Assembly: GCA_002269645.1 (NCBI GenBank)
Contig: NIVC01000020.1
Location: 992,001-1,056,000, forward strand
Length of the DNA: 64,000 nucleotides
Direction of reading: 5' to 3'
Origin: Macrostomum lignano
Lineage: Eukaryota
Part shown: one piece after another, positions 1 through 12,305 of the stretch
Position numbering within the stretch: the stretch's first letter is position 1
Layout of the letters: every line of letters begins with the position of its first letter
Made by a program: the position numbers and the translations under genes
Notes under the pieces: model-generated
Databases searched by the model: none
What the model saw: only the letters and a program-made list of their open reading frames with translations
What the model was told of the DNA's origin: nothing

Positions 1-3000
1 GCGGCCATGCCGTGGGCTCCCTCCAGGCCGGACAGCAGGCCGGGGCCCGGCAGGGCGTGCGCGGTGACCAGGTCCGCCCAGTCAGCTATGCGGAACTGGC
101 CGCCGGTGGCCTGCAGCCGGGTCACGTGACCGATGTCGGCCAGCTTCCGGTCCTCCATAATCAGGAAGTTGTGCCGCTTGGCCAGGTCCCGCAGTCTGGA
201 GACGAAGTCCGGACTGAAGTCATCAAGGATGTCGCAGTGCACCTTCAGGACGCAGATGTGCGGGCCCACCTGGCGGGTTGGTGGCAGAGTTGACTAATGG
301 GTGATTAAGCTGCCGAGGCCAATTGGACTAATGGTAAGACTCCTGAATTCAATTAGACTAATAGGTGAGACTCCTGAATCCAATTAGACTAATAGGTAAG
401 ACTCATGAATCCAATTAGACTAATAGGTGAGACTCCTGAATCCAATTAGACTAATAGGTGAGACTCTTGAATCCAATTAGACTAATAGATGAGACTCCTG
501 AATCCAATTAGACTAATAGGTGAGACTCCTGAATCCAATTAGACTAATAGGTGAGACTCCTGAATCCAATTAGACTAATAGGTGAGACTCCTAAATCTAA
601 TTAGACTAATAGGTGAGACTCCTGAATCCAAGTAGACTAATAGATGAGACTCCTGAATCCAATTAGACTAATAGGCGAGACTCCTGAATCCAATTAGACT
701 AATAGGTGAGACTCCTGAATCCAATTAGACTAATAGGTGAGACTCCTAAATCTAATTAGACTAATAGGTGAGACTCCTAAATCTAATTAGACTAATAGGT
801 GAGACTCCTGAATCCAATTAGACTAATAGGTGAGACTCCTGAATCCAATTAGACTAATAGGTGAGACTCCTAAATCTAATTAGACTAATAGGTGAGACTC
901 CTGAATCCAATTAGACTAATAGGTGAGACTCCTGAATCCAAGTAGACTAATAGATGAGACTCCTGAATCCAATTAGACTAATATACGATGGTTTAGCAAC
1001 ACGAAAGCAAACTCTTTGAATTTAAAACATTGTTAATCCGCAGGCGCCACCGCATTAAACTGGGCAGGCTGCAATGCAGAACTGACTCTCAGAGCCCCCA
1101 GCTCAAGCCGCCCACCCCGCCTCCCCAGCTCAAGCCGCCCACCCCGCCTCCCCAGCCAGGTATTTTATTGCATCAAAGTTTGTCTGGTTGGCAATTCAGC
1201 GATTGGAATTTTTCCGATAGATAAAAATTTTGCCCGCAACGGTGGCCGCTCAGGTCTAATTGGGCTGCCACACCTGTCTCCCCGCCTGAGTCAGCTGCCA
1301 GGCCTGCATTTCTGGGGGGGGGGGTCCATAATGGAGAATAAATTCCAAAAATGATAAAGCCTACTGGACATTGTGAAGGTAATAAAAACCATCTGCCCAA
1401 CTTTTTAAAGCCGATCAATAGCTATGCCATCCTAAGGCTGGGTAATAAATCATGATTTTTGCTCAATTAAACGCTGCTTTGCTGGGACTCAAAATAGTAA
1501 ATTAGCTCACTCAGGCCAATCAGCTATTGAATAGCTCTTGGTCTTCCGTTTGATCATTAGCCTTAGGGTTATTGGGCCAGACATTAGCCCGGTCAATGAG
1601 TCAGTCAGCCATTAGCCCAGGTCAATGAGTCAGTCAGCCATTAGCCCAGGTCAATGAGTCAGTCAGCCATTAGCCCAGGTCAATGAGTCAGTCAGCCATT
1701 AGCCCAGGTCAATGAGTCGTCAGCCATTAGCCCAGGTCATTGAGTCAGTCAGCCATTAGCCCAGGTCATTGAGTCAGTCAGCCATTAGCCCAGGTCAATG
1801 AGTCAGTCAGCCATTAGCCCAGGTCAATGAGTCGTCAGCCATTAGCCTAGGTCATTGAGTCAGTCAGCCATTAGCCCAGGTCATTGAGTCAGTCAGCCAT
1901 TAGCCCAGGTCAATGAGTCGTCAGCCATTAGCCCAGGTCATTGAGTCAGTCAGCCATTAGCCCAGGTCATTGAGTCAGTCAGCCATTAGCCCAGGTCATT
2001 GAGTCAGTCAGCCATTAGCCCAGGTCATTGAGTCAGTCACCCATTAGCCCGCAAATTACCTGCTCGGCCAGCGCCAGGACGTCCCTGCCGAGGGTCCGGT
2101 CTGCGGCCACGCACAGGTTGGTCGCCTTCTCGGCCATGAGGCCAAGCAACCGGCGGGCCTGCGGCTGGGTGGCCACCTCGGCGCGCTGTTCGAACGGCAT
2201 CCGGCAGCGGGCGCTGAGCCGCAACAAGCTGGGAGCTTCGGCCGCGTCGCCGGTGGCATCTCGGTCGTTGTCGTTGGTCTGGATGGTGACCTGCGGGTAG
2301 CAAGGGGAATGACAGGGTCTGTTAAGCTGACTGGGTCAGAGTTAACTTGGGTCAGATATAGTTGGGTCAAGCCTAGTTGAGTCAGAGTTAGCTTGGGTCA
2401 GAGTTAGTTTGGGTCAGATCTAGTTGGGTCAGTTAGTTGGGGTCAGACCTAGGTGGGTCAGTTAGTTTGGGTCAGACCTAGTTGGGTCAGAGTTAGTTTG
2501 GGTCAGATCTAGTTGGGTCAGATCTAGTTGGGTCAGTTAGCTTGGGTCAGACCTAGGTGGGTCAGTTAGTTTGAGTCAGATCTAGTTGGGTCAGAGCTAG
2601 TTTGGGTCAGATCTAGTTGGGTCAGAGTTAGTTTGGGCCAGGGCAATTCAGATTAATTCAGAGCAAAAGAAATTTGAGTCAGGCAGTCGATGCGAGTCAT
2701 AGAGGATAAACTTGGTTAAGCATAGCCTCAGCGAAGGTGCACCTGATTCTCAAGCACGAAGGTGCGCACGGTGACGCAGAAGCTGGCCGACACCGACTTG
2801 CTGGTCTCGAGCTGGCGCAGCAGCTGGGTGAGGCGCAGCACGCAGCGCAGCGGCAGGCCGGCCCTGCGCAGGTTCTCTGCGGCGCCCTGCTCGCGGTCAA
2901 GGAGGACGCCGACTCCGGCCACCCGGAGGCCCTCACGGCGGAGAATCTCTGCCGTCTCAAGGACGCTGGACCCGCTGGTGACCACGTCCTCAATGATGAG

Positions 3001-3345
3001 GCAGGACTGGCCGCGGTCGAATTTGCCCTCCAGAATTTTCTTGGTCCCGTAGTCCTTGGTCTCCTTGCGCCGCATCAGCATGGGGATGCCGCGGTCCACG
3101 GAGATGCAGGTGGCGATGGGCAAGGCGGTGTACGGCACCCCACAGACGTAGTCGAACTTCAGGTCCGAGCAGGCCGCGAAGATCAGCTGGCTGATGGTGC
3201 GCATGAGCTCCGGGTGCGAGACGATGACGCGCAGGTCGAAGTACACCGGCGAGATCAGGCCGCTCTTCAGCTTGAACTCGCCGAACTTCACTGCTTCGAT
3301 GTCATGGAGCTTGCTGACCACGTCCGACAGGCTGTCAGAGGCCAT
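1..3345 (-). CDS. UMPS: Uridine monophosphate synthase (OPRTase + OMP decarboxylase), 3' end off-window; exons 3345-2743, 2290-2060, 269-<1
   Basis: Exon 1 has OPRTase motifs (FGEFKLKSGLISPVYFDLR, CGVPYTALP, IIEDVVTSGSS). Exon 2 has MAEKATNLCVAAD. Exon 3 has ODC motifs (VGPHICVLKVHCD, FLIMEDRKLADIG). Both introns are GT-AG, phase 0, and join in frame. Confidence 0.96.
336..983. repeat. Intronic minisatellite, 31-bp unit, about 21 copies (UMPS intron 2)
   Basis: Unit GACTCCTGAATCCAATTAGACTAATAGGTGA. Confidence 0.95.
1587..2045. repeat. Intronic minisatellite, 29-bp unit, about 16 copies
   Basis: Unit CCCAGGTCAATGAGTCAGTCAGCCATTAG, ending near the exon 2 donor. Confidence 0.95.
2330..2640. 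repeat. Degenerate short-unit repeat (TTGGGTCAGA core), UMPS intron 1
   Basis: Recurrent TTGGGTCAG followed by variable ATCTAG/TTAG. Confidence 0.85.
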
Positions 3346-3382
3346 GGCGGGCTGCGGGGTGGGGGAGGCCAGGATGCACTGC

Positions 3383-3500
3383 CTGCAGTTCACTCTGTGG
3401 CTAAGCTGGGCACTGTCGGCAGTTCACTCTGTGGCTAAGCTGGGCACTGTCGGCAGTTCACTCTGTGGCTAAACTGGGCACTGTCGGCAGTTCACTCTGT
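3383..3500. repeat. 34-bp tandem repeat, about 3.5 copies, overlapping the acceptor upstream of the UMPS ATG
   Basis: CAGTTCACTCTGT recurs at 3386, 3420, 3454 and 3488. Confidence 0.9.
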
Positions 3501-3911
3501 ACCTAAACCGCATTAGTATAAAATATAATAATAATAATATAACAGTATCTATGCGCAGCGCGAATATCCTTTAAAAAAACACTGAGCAGCGACACCACAG
3601 GATGCCGGAGCGTCACAGAATCCCTACTCCTCCAATCCCCATCTCGATTCGATTTCGCAGCAGCTCCCGGCTCCCCCCATCAATTTCACGGTGTCTGGCC
3701 GAGACGGCGGATGCAAGGAAGGACGAGAGAAAAGTTCACCTCCGGCCAAGCAGGCCGCACTTGCTGCTATCAGCGATACTGCAATCATAATTGGAGCAGA
3801 AACGGCCTACTTAGACTGCTACTGGGGGGGGGGGGCAGTACCCCTGTGCCGGCAGCATTTCGCTTATTCGGGATGGACAACCGCAGCCTGCTAAAACAAA
3901 CTGACCACACT

Positions 3912-5570
3912 GGAGTCACTCTCAATCCAGATCAGAGTCACTCTCAATCCAGATCAGAGTCACTCCCAATCCAGATCAGAGTCACTCTCAATCCAGATCA
4001 GAGTCACTCTCAATCCAGATCAGAGTCACTCTCAATCCAGATCAGAGTCACTCCCAACCCAGATCAGAGTCACTCCCAATCCAGATCAGAGTCACTCCCA
4101 GTCCAGATCAGAGTCACTCCCAATCCAGATCAGAGTCACTCCCAATCCAGATCAGAGTCACTCCCAATCCAGATCAGAGTCACTCCCAATCCAGATCAGA
4201 GTCACTCCCAATCCAGATCAGAGTCACTTCCAGTCCAGATCAGAGTCACTCCCAATGCAGATCAGAGTCACTCCCAGTCCAGATCAGAGTCACTCCCAAT
4301 CCAGATAAGAGTCACTTCCAGTCCAGATCAAAGTCACTCCCAGTCCAGATCAGAGTCACTCCCAATCCAGATCAGAGTCACTCCCAATCCAGATCAGAGT
4401 CACTCCCAGTCCAGATCAGGGTCACTCCCAGTCCAAATCAGAGTCACTCCCAGTCCAGATCAGAGTCACTCCCAATCCAGATCAGAGTCACTCCCAGTCG
4501 AGATCAGGGTCACTCCCAGTCCAGATCAGGGTCACTCCCAGTCCAGATCAGGGTCACTCCCAGTCCAGATCAGAGTCACTCCATGTCCAGATCAGGGTCA
4601 CTCTCAGTCCAGATCAGAGGCACTCCATGTCCAGATCAGAGTCACTCCCAGTCCAGATCAGGGTCACTCCCAGTCCAAATCAGAGTCACTCCCAGTCCAG
4701 ATCAGAGTCACTCCCAATCCAGATCAGAGTCACTCCCAATCCAGATCAGAGTCACTCCCAGTCCAGATCAGAGTCACTCCCAACCCAGATCAGAGTCACT
4801 CCATGTCCAGATCAGAGTCACTCCCAGTCCAGATCAGAGTCACTCCATGTCCAGATCAGAGTCACTCCATGTCCAGATCAGAGTCACTCCCAGTCCAGAT
4901 CAGAGTCACTCCATGTCCAGATCAGAGTCACTCCATGTCCAGATCAGAGTCACTCCCAGTCCAGATCAGGGTCACTCCCAGTCCAGATCAGAGTCACTTC
5001 CAGTCCAGATCAGAGTCACTCCCAGTCCAGATCAGAGTCACTCCATGTCCAGATCAGAGTCACTCCATGTCCAGATCAGAGTCACTCCCAGTCCAGATCA
5101 GAGTCACTCCATGTCCAGATCAGAGTCACTCCATGTCCAGATCAGAGTCACTCCCAGTCCAGATCAGGGTCACTCCCAGTCCAGATCAGAGTCACTTCCA
5201 GTCCAGATCAGAGTCACTCCATGTCCAGATCAGGGTCACTCCATGTCCAGATCAGGGTCACTCCCAGTCCAGATCAGAGTCACTCCCAGTCCAGATCAGA
5301 GTCACTTCCAGTCCAGATCAGAGTCACTCCATGTCCAGATCAGGGTCACTCCATGTCCAGATCAGGGTCACTCCCAGTCCAGATCAGGGTCACTCCCAGT
5401 CCAGATCAGGGTCACTCCCAGTCCAGATCAGGGTCACTCCCAGTCCAGATCAGGGTCACTCCCAGTCCAGATCAGAGGCACTCCATGTCCAGATCAGGGT
5501 CACTCCATGTCCAGATCAGGGTCACTCCCAGTCCAGCTCAGAGTCACTCCCAGTCCAGATCAGAGTCACT
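3912..5570. repeat. Minisatellite, 22-bp unit, about 75 copies
   Basis: Unit CCAGATCAGAGTCACTCCCAGT; explains the 624/384/323-aa periodic ORFs. Confidence 0.97.
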
Positions 5571-6264
5571 GCAGGCATCAGATAAACAGCACACCTAAGG
5601 CATCTGAATCGCTGCAAAATATGCGCGAACAGAGGCCATTGCAGCAGCAATTTTATTTGAAAACAACACACAAAAGTGCAGCCACAACAGACAGCCATGC
5701 CACGGCATTCCCAAAGTTTTCCAACCCTGCCAGATAACTCAAGGGTGAAGGAAGCTGGAGACGCAGGGATGAAAATAAACTACAGGCAAGGGAAAGATGA
5801 AGGCTGGCTGCTGGGTGGCGGAATCCTGGCGCTACTCTCGAGTCCTCAGAGCAGTGCAGCAACCCCTGCCCAGCCTATCAAGCATGCAAATGAAAGCAAC
5901 GACAAGAGCCGGCAATATTCGCATAATTAATAATTTATTAATGAGAAACGGATACGCAAGCAGAGGAGCAATGTGTGTGTAAATTACGAATGCACAGTCT
6001 CCGCGACTCCTGGGACAGCAAGGCGCGCTCACAACATGCAGAGAACATTGCTGTATGATGCTCAATTCAAGCTGCCGGGGCGCCCACTGGCGCTGACAAG
6101 CCAATTCAACTAGTTGGAAAAACTGCCGCTGAAAATAAAACCTCACCATCTACTTACAAGTAGCGAATAAGCATTTTAACAAAATAAGGAACGCCTAAAA
6201 TTGTAAAAAACGCTGCGATTTGTACTAAGCAGAGAACCCCATTACTAAGAAGTAAAGGCATGGC

Positions 6265-6657
6265 GGGTCAAGATGAAGATCTGGGAGGCTGGCTATGAGG
6301 ATATAGGATGCTGGCTGCTTAGCCTGAGGATCTGGGAGGCTGGCTGCTCAGCCTGAGGATCTGGGAGGCTGGCTGCTCAGCCTGAGGATCTGGGAGGCTG
6401 GCTGCTCAGCCTGAGGATCTGGGAGGCTGGCTGCTCAGCCTGAGGATCTGGGAGGCTGGCTGCTCAGCCTGAGGATCTGGGAGGCTGGCTGCTCAGCCTG
6501 AGGATCTGAGAGGCTGGCTGCTCAGTCTGAGGATCTGGGAGGCTGGCTGCTCAGCCTGAGGATCTGGGAGGCTGGCTGCTCAGCCTGAGGATCTGGGAGG
6601 CTGGCTGCTCAGCCTGAGGATCTGGGAGGCTGGCTGCTCAGCCTGAGGATCTGGGAG
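6265..6657. repeat. 29-bp minisatellite plus lead-in, downstream of MRPL49
   Basis: Unit GATCTGGGAGGCTGGCTGCTCAGCCTGAG. Confidence 0.95.
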
Positions 6658-6710
6658 TTTAGCACATGAAGCCACAGTTAGGATGACGGCAGCAGAACAA
6701 TTCCAGTCCC

Positions 6711-7355
6711 TCAGAAGCCGCAGTCCATCAGGAACTTGGCCACCCGCTGCTCGTGCTGGCCGACAATTCTGATGGTGCCGGACACGTCGTCAACCTGGAC
6801 GAACAGCGGGCCGTCGTTGTCCGGCTCGAGCAGGCGGCGCAGGTCGTGGGCCAGGGCGGCGGTGTCACCTTGGATCCGCTTGACGATGGTCATGCGGCGG
6901 GTGCCGGGCACGTTCTCGGTGCGCCGCCTGTCCGTCTCCGCGTAGTAGATGGGCAGCATGTGGTTGCGGGTCCGCAGCACCGCGTAGGGACGGCCGGTCC
7001 GGCCGGCCAGAGCGTCCGGCGAGGGTGGCGACCAGCCGGACGGCGTCGGGTAGGAGGCGTGGCGCGGCGGCTCTGGCACGGTGTCGGCCGCCAGCAGCGG
7101 GGTTACAAAAGCTTCGAAGTCCTCGGAGCTGGCCTCGAATTCGACTGGAACAGAGCGGGCGGGGCCGAACTGCTGCTGCTCGCCCAGCTGCTGCAGGTCC
7201 TCAACCCAGGGATTCTTCACGCTGGGAAAGTTGGGGAACAGGCCGATGGGATTCTGGCCGATGTGCGCCATCCGGCGGGGCGGCGGCTGCTGGCTGGCGG
7301 CGCAGCCCGCCCGGTGCAGCTGGCGGAGCAGAGCGGCGGAGGCCCGACGCAGCAT
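6711..7355 (-). CDS. MRPL49: Mitochondrial ribosomal protein L49 (mL49), single coding exon, 214 aa
   Basis: Arg/Ala/Leu-rich presequence MLRRASAALLRQLHR. Family-like blocks PYAVLRTRNHMLPIY, RRMTIVKRIQGDTAAL and C-terminal KFLMDCGF. Acceptor TTTCTTACAG ends 12 nt before the ATG. Confidence 0.88.
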   Translation of the reverse strand: MLRRASAALLRQLHRAGCAASQQPPPRRMAHIGQNPIGLFPNFPSVKNPWVEDLQQLGEQQQFGPARSVPVEFEASSEDFEAFVTPLLAADTVPEPPRHASYPTPSGWSPPSPDALAGRTGRPYAVLRTRNHMLPIYYAETDRRRTENVPGTRRMTIVKRIQGDTAALAHDLRRLLEPDNDGPLFVQVDDVSGTIRIVGQHEQRVAKFLMDCGF

Positions 7356-7560
7356 TGACGACAGGAACTGTAAGAAATACAACATTGCGGTTGATATGCG
7401 CACGTGCTACTCACAAATGCTGGTCGGGTAAGTAGTATGGAAAGAAAACGTAAATTCATTCTAGTGCTTTATAAACAAAAATACGCAAGACAAACACAGA
7501 TAAAGTTGGAGACAAATTTCCTTGTTAAAAAATTTGCACACAGATAAGGCTAGCAAGTTA

Positions 7561-7566
7561 TTTATT
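7561..7566 (-). terminator. Candidate AATAAA poly(A) signal for COX10, about 190 nt before the MRPL49 acceptor
   Basis: TTTATT on the + strand in an AT-rich spacer, with T-rich minus-strand sequence downstream. Confidence 0.4.
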
Positions 7567-7748
7567 TTGTCCGCAATTTTATATCAAATAATATTAATGC
7601 AATTATTCTACTGCAGTTGAAGCAAGGCAGTCCTGGGAAATTTACATACTGCAATCTCCTTCAGGGATACCTCGCCTGTACTTTTCATCACATGAGCAAT
7701 CAATCTGGCAGGCGAGAAATGCACTTCTTTACTTTGCTTAAGCAATCT

Positions 7749-8030
7749 CAACCGACCAATCAGAACCCCTTTGCAACCGACCAATCAGAACCCTTTTGCA
7801 ACCGACCAATCAGAACCCCTTTGCAACCGACCAATCAGAAGCAATCTACTCATACATAGACAAACAAGTAATCAGAAGCCATTTACAACCGACCAATCAG
7901 AAGCCATCTACAACCGACCAATCAGAAGCCATCTACAACCGACCAATCAGAAGCCATCTACAACTGACCGATCAGAAGCCATCTACAACTGACCGATCAG
8001 AAGCTATCTACAAACCAACCAATCAGAGCC
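7749..8030. repeat. 25-bp minisatellite carrying CCAATCA, between COX10 and MRPL49
   Basis: Unit ACCGACCAATCAGAAGCCATCTACA and variants. Confidence 0.9.
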
Positions 8031-8053
8031 CTCAAAACGCAGTAAAAAAGAAG

Positions 8054-9639
8054 TCAAAACCGCCAAAAGCCAAACTGATGATGTTGTCCAGAATCCCTAG
8101 CCGAGTCCTGCTTGGCCCGCTCCCGCTCGCTGTCCGGAGTCCTGCTGATCAGCATGAGCACGAACACGATAGGCAGGTTGACCAAGGTGAATTTGAACAG
8201 CCTGCGACCGCTGTTGCTGTCGCCGCGCCAGTAGAAGGCGGCGGCAAAGTACAGCAACGCCAGGTTGAACGGCAGAGTGTCCACCAGGAAAAACCAGGAG
8301 GTGACTCCGCTGAGGGGCAGGCAGTAGCACACGGCGGAGAACATGATGGAGTTGGCCATGGCGGAGCGGCGGCAGCGGGCGGGCTGCAGTACGGAGGCCA
8401 TGCAGTAGCCCGCCCGGCTGTAGTCGTCCCGCAGCGACCAGCTAAGCGCGTGGAAATGCGGGAACTGCCAGTGAAACATCAGCAGGCCCAGCAGGAGGGC
8501 GCCGACGTCAAGGGAGCCGCCGGTGGCAGAGCTCCAGCCAATCAGCGGCGGTAGGGCGCCAACCACGGCGCCGATGGCGGTGTTGGCGACTGTGCGCCGC
8601 TTGGCGGGCGTGTAGGCGGCGCAGTACAGCAGGTGGTTCGCTGCCGCGATGCCGGCGCTGACGGGGCTCGCCAGGCTGGCCAGCAGGGCGACGCCGCCGA
8701 TTCCGCTGACTGCGGCGAAGCTGGCGGCGGTGGCCGGCGACACGCGGCCGGTGACGAGCGGGCGGGCGCGGGTGCGGCTCATCTGGGCATCGTAGGGCAT
8801 CTCTAGCAGCTGGTTGACGGAGTTGGCGCTGGCCGATACGGCGGCGGTGCCGGCCAAGCAGGCGGCGAGGGTCAGCGGGTCCACAGGCCCAGGCGCCATG
8901 GCGTAGCCGGCGGCCGCGGTGGCCACCACGAGCAGCGTGAGGCGGGACTTGGCCAAGGCCAGGTAGGCACCGGGGCTCGCCAAGTCCCGGTCAACCGTCA
9001 GCCACTGGTGCTTAAGCGGCTGGCGTTGCGCCTGGTCGGTGAGGCCGGCGGCCGGGTCGGACAGGGGGAACGGGGCGGCTCGCCCTGCTGCAGCGGACGG
9101 AGCAGCCAATGGCGGATGGGACTTTGGCCGCTGGATCGGCTCTGGCGATGAAGCCGGCGCCGGCTTAGCCTTCGGTCTGGCTGCGGGCGGGGGCGGTGGG
9201 GGAGTGAGCTGAAGGCTGCGGACGCTGCCGCAAATCAAGGCGACAGGCGGTCTGGGGCCAGCGAGGCCCTGACTTTTGAGCACGAACTCAGAGGCCCTGA
9301 CCTTTGAGCACGAACTCAGAGGCCCTGACCTTTGAGCACGAACTCGGATATCTTTAGGAATGCGCCCAATCCCTGCCTTGGGATTATCCAAAGCTATATC
9401 CAATGTGTGCCCACTTGACATTGTCTTGACATTCGAACACGGGAGTAAGGCGTATTGCTACCGTTAAGCTGCTCTGTCCCCTGAGCCACAGGTATTAAGG
9501 GGGGCAGGGGCCGGCACTCACCAGTGGACAGGAGCCGCACAGAGCGGCAGCAGAGCAGACAGCGGACCGGAGCTGCACCGCTCACTGCGCCGCCGACTGC
9601 AAGCTGGGCCAAGGCGAGCGGCTTCAGTCTGGAAATCAT
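8054..9639 (-). CDS. COX10: Protoheme IX farnesyltransferase (heme O synthase); exon 1 9639-9522, exon 2 from about 9141 or 9087 to 8054
   Basis: UbiA-family motifs YLALAKSRLT, NSVNQLLEMPYDAQMSRTRARPLVTG, YTPAKRRTVANT, WQFPHFHALSW, DDYSRAGY. Exon 1 is presequence-like and ends at a GTGAGT phase-1 donor. More than one phase-1 acceptor fits, so the exon 2 start is uncertain. Confidence 0.93.
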
Positions 9640-10283
9640 CGCTTTTATACTACTGACTAGGAGTCATCGTTAGTAGTACGATAACAATCTGAAAAATGAA
9701 TAAAATGGACAAAGTAAATATGCTAAAATATTCAATTTTTTAAATATGAAGATGAAGCTTAAGAAACTGATCTTATCGCGTATATATGGCAGCTTTAAGA
9801 TCCTAGCATCAATTAGAAAATAAAAATTACAAAGCGTGATTATTGATCAGCTCGAATGCACTCTTGTCGCTTATAAAAACAAAACCAGCAAAATGAACTG
9901 TATATTTACCTGTACGTACTAAAAGACCAAAAAAGCGAAGATGAAAAATAAAGAAAAATGACTGGTGCAATGCAGTGTAGTCAGACTGTATTCACAGCTA
10001 CAGTACCCTCGGGCATAGAATGGAAGCAGGTGAGTTCAATAAATCACGAATGTACAACAAATTCATTAAATAAACGCAGAGGATTAAATTGCGGAGAGGG
10101 TACAGAGATGCGGGGTGCAAAAACAAAATGAACAAGAGCAAGCACAATGCATCACAGAAATTGAAATTAATTACTGCAACGATTAATTAACTTAGAGGGT
10201 GCCTGAAAGCTGACAGATTTTAGGCACCCTCTGATGAGCAATCAGCGATCACCTTACAGGTGCAGCTCTAGTCTATAATAAAA

Positions 10284-10540
10284 GGGTCAAGATGAAGATC
10301 TGGGAGGCTCAGTCTGAGGATCTGGGAGTCTGGCTATGTGAATTTGGGAGGCTGGCTGCTCAGCCTGAGGATCTGGGAGGCTGGCTGCTCAGCCTGAGGA
10401 TCTGGGAGTCTGGCTGCTCAGCCTGAGGATTTGGGAGGCTGGCTGGTCAGCTTGAGGATCTGGGAGGCTGGCTGGTCAGCTTGAGGATCTGGGAGCTGGC
10501 TGATCTGGGAGATCTGGGAGCTGGCTGCTCATCATGAGGA
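10284..10540. repeat. Second locus of the 29-bp GATCTGGGAGG minisatellite, downstream of the USP gene
   Basis: Same unit and same GGGTCAAGATGAAGATCTGGGAGGCT lead-in as at 6265. Confidence 0.92.
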
Positions 10541-10631
10541 TCCCTAAGTGCAGCAACTGAGAACCAAAAGTGCCCAACAACGAGGACCACAGGAGTGCAA
10601 CACAGAGCAGAGCCGCCAGAAGCCTGCAAAA

Positions 10632-11162
10632 TCAGCCGGCGGGCTGCTGGCCGTTCTGCAGCGGCACAATCAGCACGGGCACACGGCAATGCGAGATGAC
10701 GTAATTGCTGACGGAGCCCAGCAGGGTTCGCCTGACGTTGCCGAGGCCGCGGATGCCGACCACCACCAGGGCGGCTTTCTCTGCCTCGACCGCGGCAACG
10801 ATGGCGGCGCCGGGGTTCAGCGATTCGACAAACCGAAAGCGGCAGCGCACAGCCAGGCTGTCGCAGCGGGCGAGCATCGCCTGGCGCAGGCGGGCCACTC
10901 GCATCCGCGTGTCCTCCAGCGCCAAGTCCACGTCCGCGGCGGACGGCACAACGGCCGTGGGGGCGCCAAAGCACAGCGACAGGCCGGCCGCGTGCAGCAG
11001 GACGATGTCAACGTCCGGACGACCATGGAACCACTCCAGCGCCTGCTGGCTGTGCAGAGAGCCGTCAACGGCCACCAGCACCGACTGGGGCGACGCGGTT
11101 GGCGCTGACGAAGTCTCAGCAGCTGACTGCTGCTGCCGCTGGGTAGAAGCCAAACTGCCCAT
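10632..11162 (-). CDS. Universal stress protein (UspA-like), single domain, 176 aa
   Basis: VLVAVDGSLHSQQALEW at the domain start and VVVGIRGLGNVRRTLLGSVSNYVISHCRVPVLIVP (G-x-R-G-x9-GSVS) at the end. Confidence 0.9.
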   Translation of the reverse strand: MGSLASTQRQQQSAAETSSAPTASPQSVLVAVDGSLHSQQALEWFHGRPDVDIVLLHAAGLSLCFGAPTAVVPSAADVDLALEDTRMRVARLRQAMLARCDSLAVRCRFRFVESLNPGAAIVAAVEAEKAALVVVGIRGLGNVRRTLLGSVSNYVISHCRVPVLIVPLQNGQQPAG

Positions 11163-11309
11163 TGTGAAAAACTTGCTGGCTTGCTTGCTTAGGCCGGCTT
11201 GCTGGAAGGGTCGCAGAAGCAATTCGATTGTCTGCTTGGACAGGTAATTTAGAAATAGATAGATAAGCGGCTGTTTGAGGACAGGTGAGTGACTCATTAA
11301 GAAGAGCTG

Positions 11310-12305
11310 CAGTGGACAGGGTGGACAGCTGCAGTGGACAGAGTGAACAGGTGCAGTGGACAGAGTGAACAGGTGCAGTGGACAGAGTGAACAGGTGCAG
11401 TGGACAGAGTGAACAGGTGCAGTGGACAGAGTGAACAGGTGCAGTGGACAGAGTGAACAGGTGCAGTGGACAGAGTGAACAGGTGCAGTGGGCAGAGTGA
11501 ACAGGTGCAGTGGACAGAGTGAACAGGTGCAGTGGACAGAGTGAACAGGTGCAGTGGACAGAGTGAACAGGTGCAGTGGGCAGAGTGAACAGGTGCAGTG
11601 GACAGAGTGAACAGGTGCAGTGGACAGAGTGAACAGGTGCAGTGGACAGAGTGAACAGGTGCAGTGGGCAGAGTGAACAGGTGCAGTGGACAGAGTGAAC
11701 AGGTGCAGTGGACAGAGTGAACAGGTGCAGTGGACAGAGTGAACAGGTGCAGTGGACAGAGTGAACAGGTGCAGTGGACAGAGTGAACAGGTGCAGTAGG
11801 CAGAGTGAACAGGTGCAGTGGACAGAGTGAACAGGTGCAGTGGAGAGAATGAACAGTTGCAGTGGATAGAGTGAACAGGTGCAGTGGACAGAATGAACAG
11901 TTGCAGTGGACAGAGTGAACAGGTGCAGTGGACAGAATGAACAGTTGCAGTGGACAGAGTGAACAGGTGCAGTGGACAGAATGAACAGCTGCAGTGGGCA
12001 GAGTGAACAGGTGCAGTGGGCAGAGTGAACAGGTGCCGTGGACAGAGTGAACAGGTGCAGTGGACAGAGTGAACAGGTGCAGTGGGCAGAGTGAACAGGT
12101 GCAGTGGACAGAGTGAACAGGTGCAGTGGACAGAGTGAACAGGTGCAGTGGACAGAGTGAACAGGTGCAGTGGACAGAGTGAACAGCTGCAGTGGACAGA
12201 GAGAACAGGTGCAGTGGACAGAGTGAACAGCTGCAGTGGACAGAGTGAACAGCTGCAGTGGACAGAGTGAACAGGTGCAGTGGACAGAGTGAACAGGTGC
12301 AGTGG
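11310..12305. repeat. Minisatellite, 22-bp unit, about 45 copies
   Basis: Unit GTGCAGTGGACAGAGTGAACAG. Confidence 0.97.

Noticed and set aside
3711-5737. Long ORFs of 624, 384 and 323 aa with periodic SQSRSESL peptides
   Set aside because: They are translations of a stop-free 22-bp minisatellite, open in all three frames.
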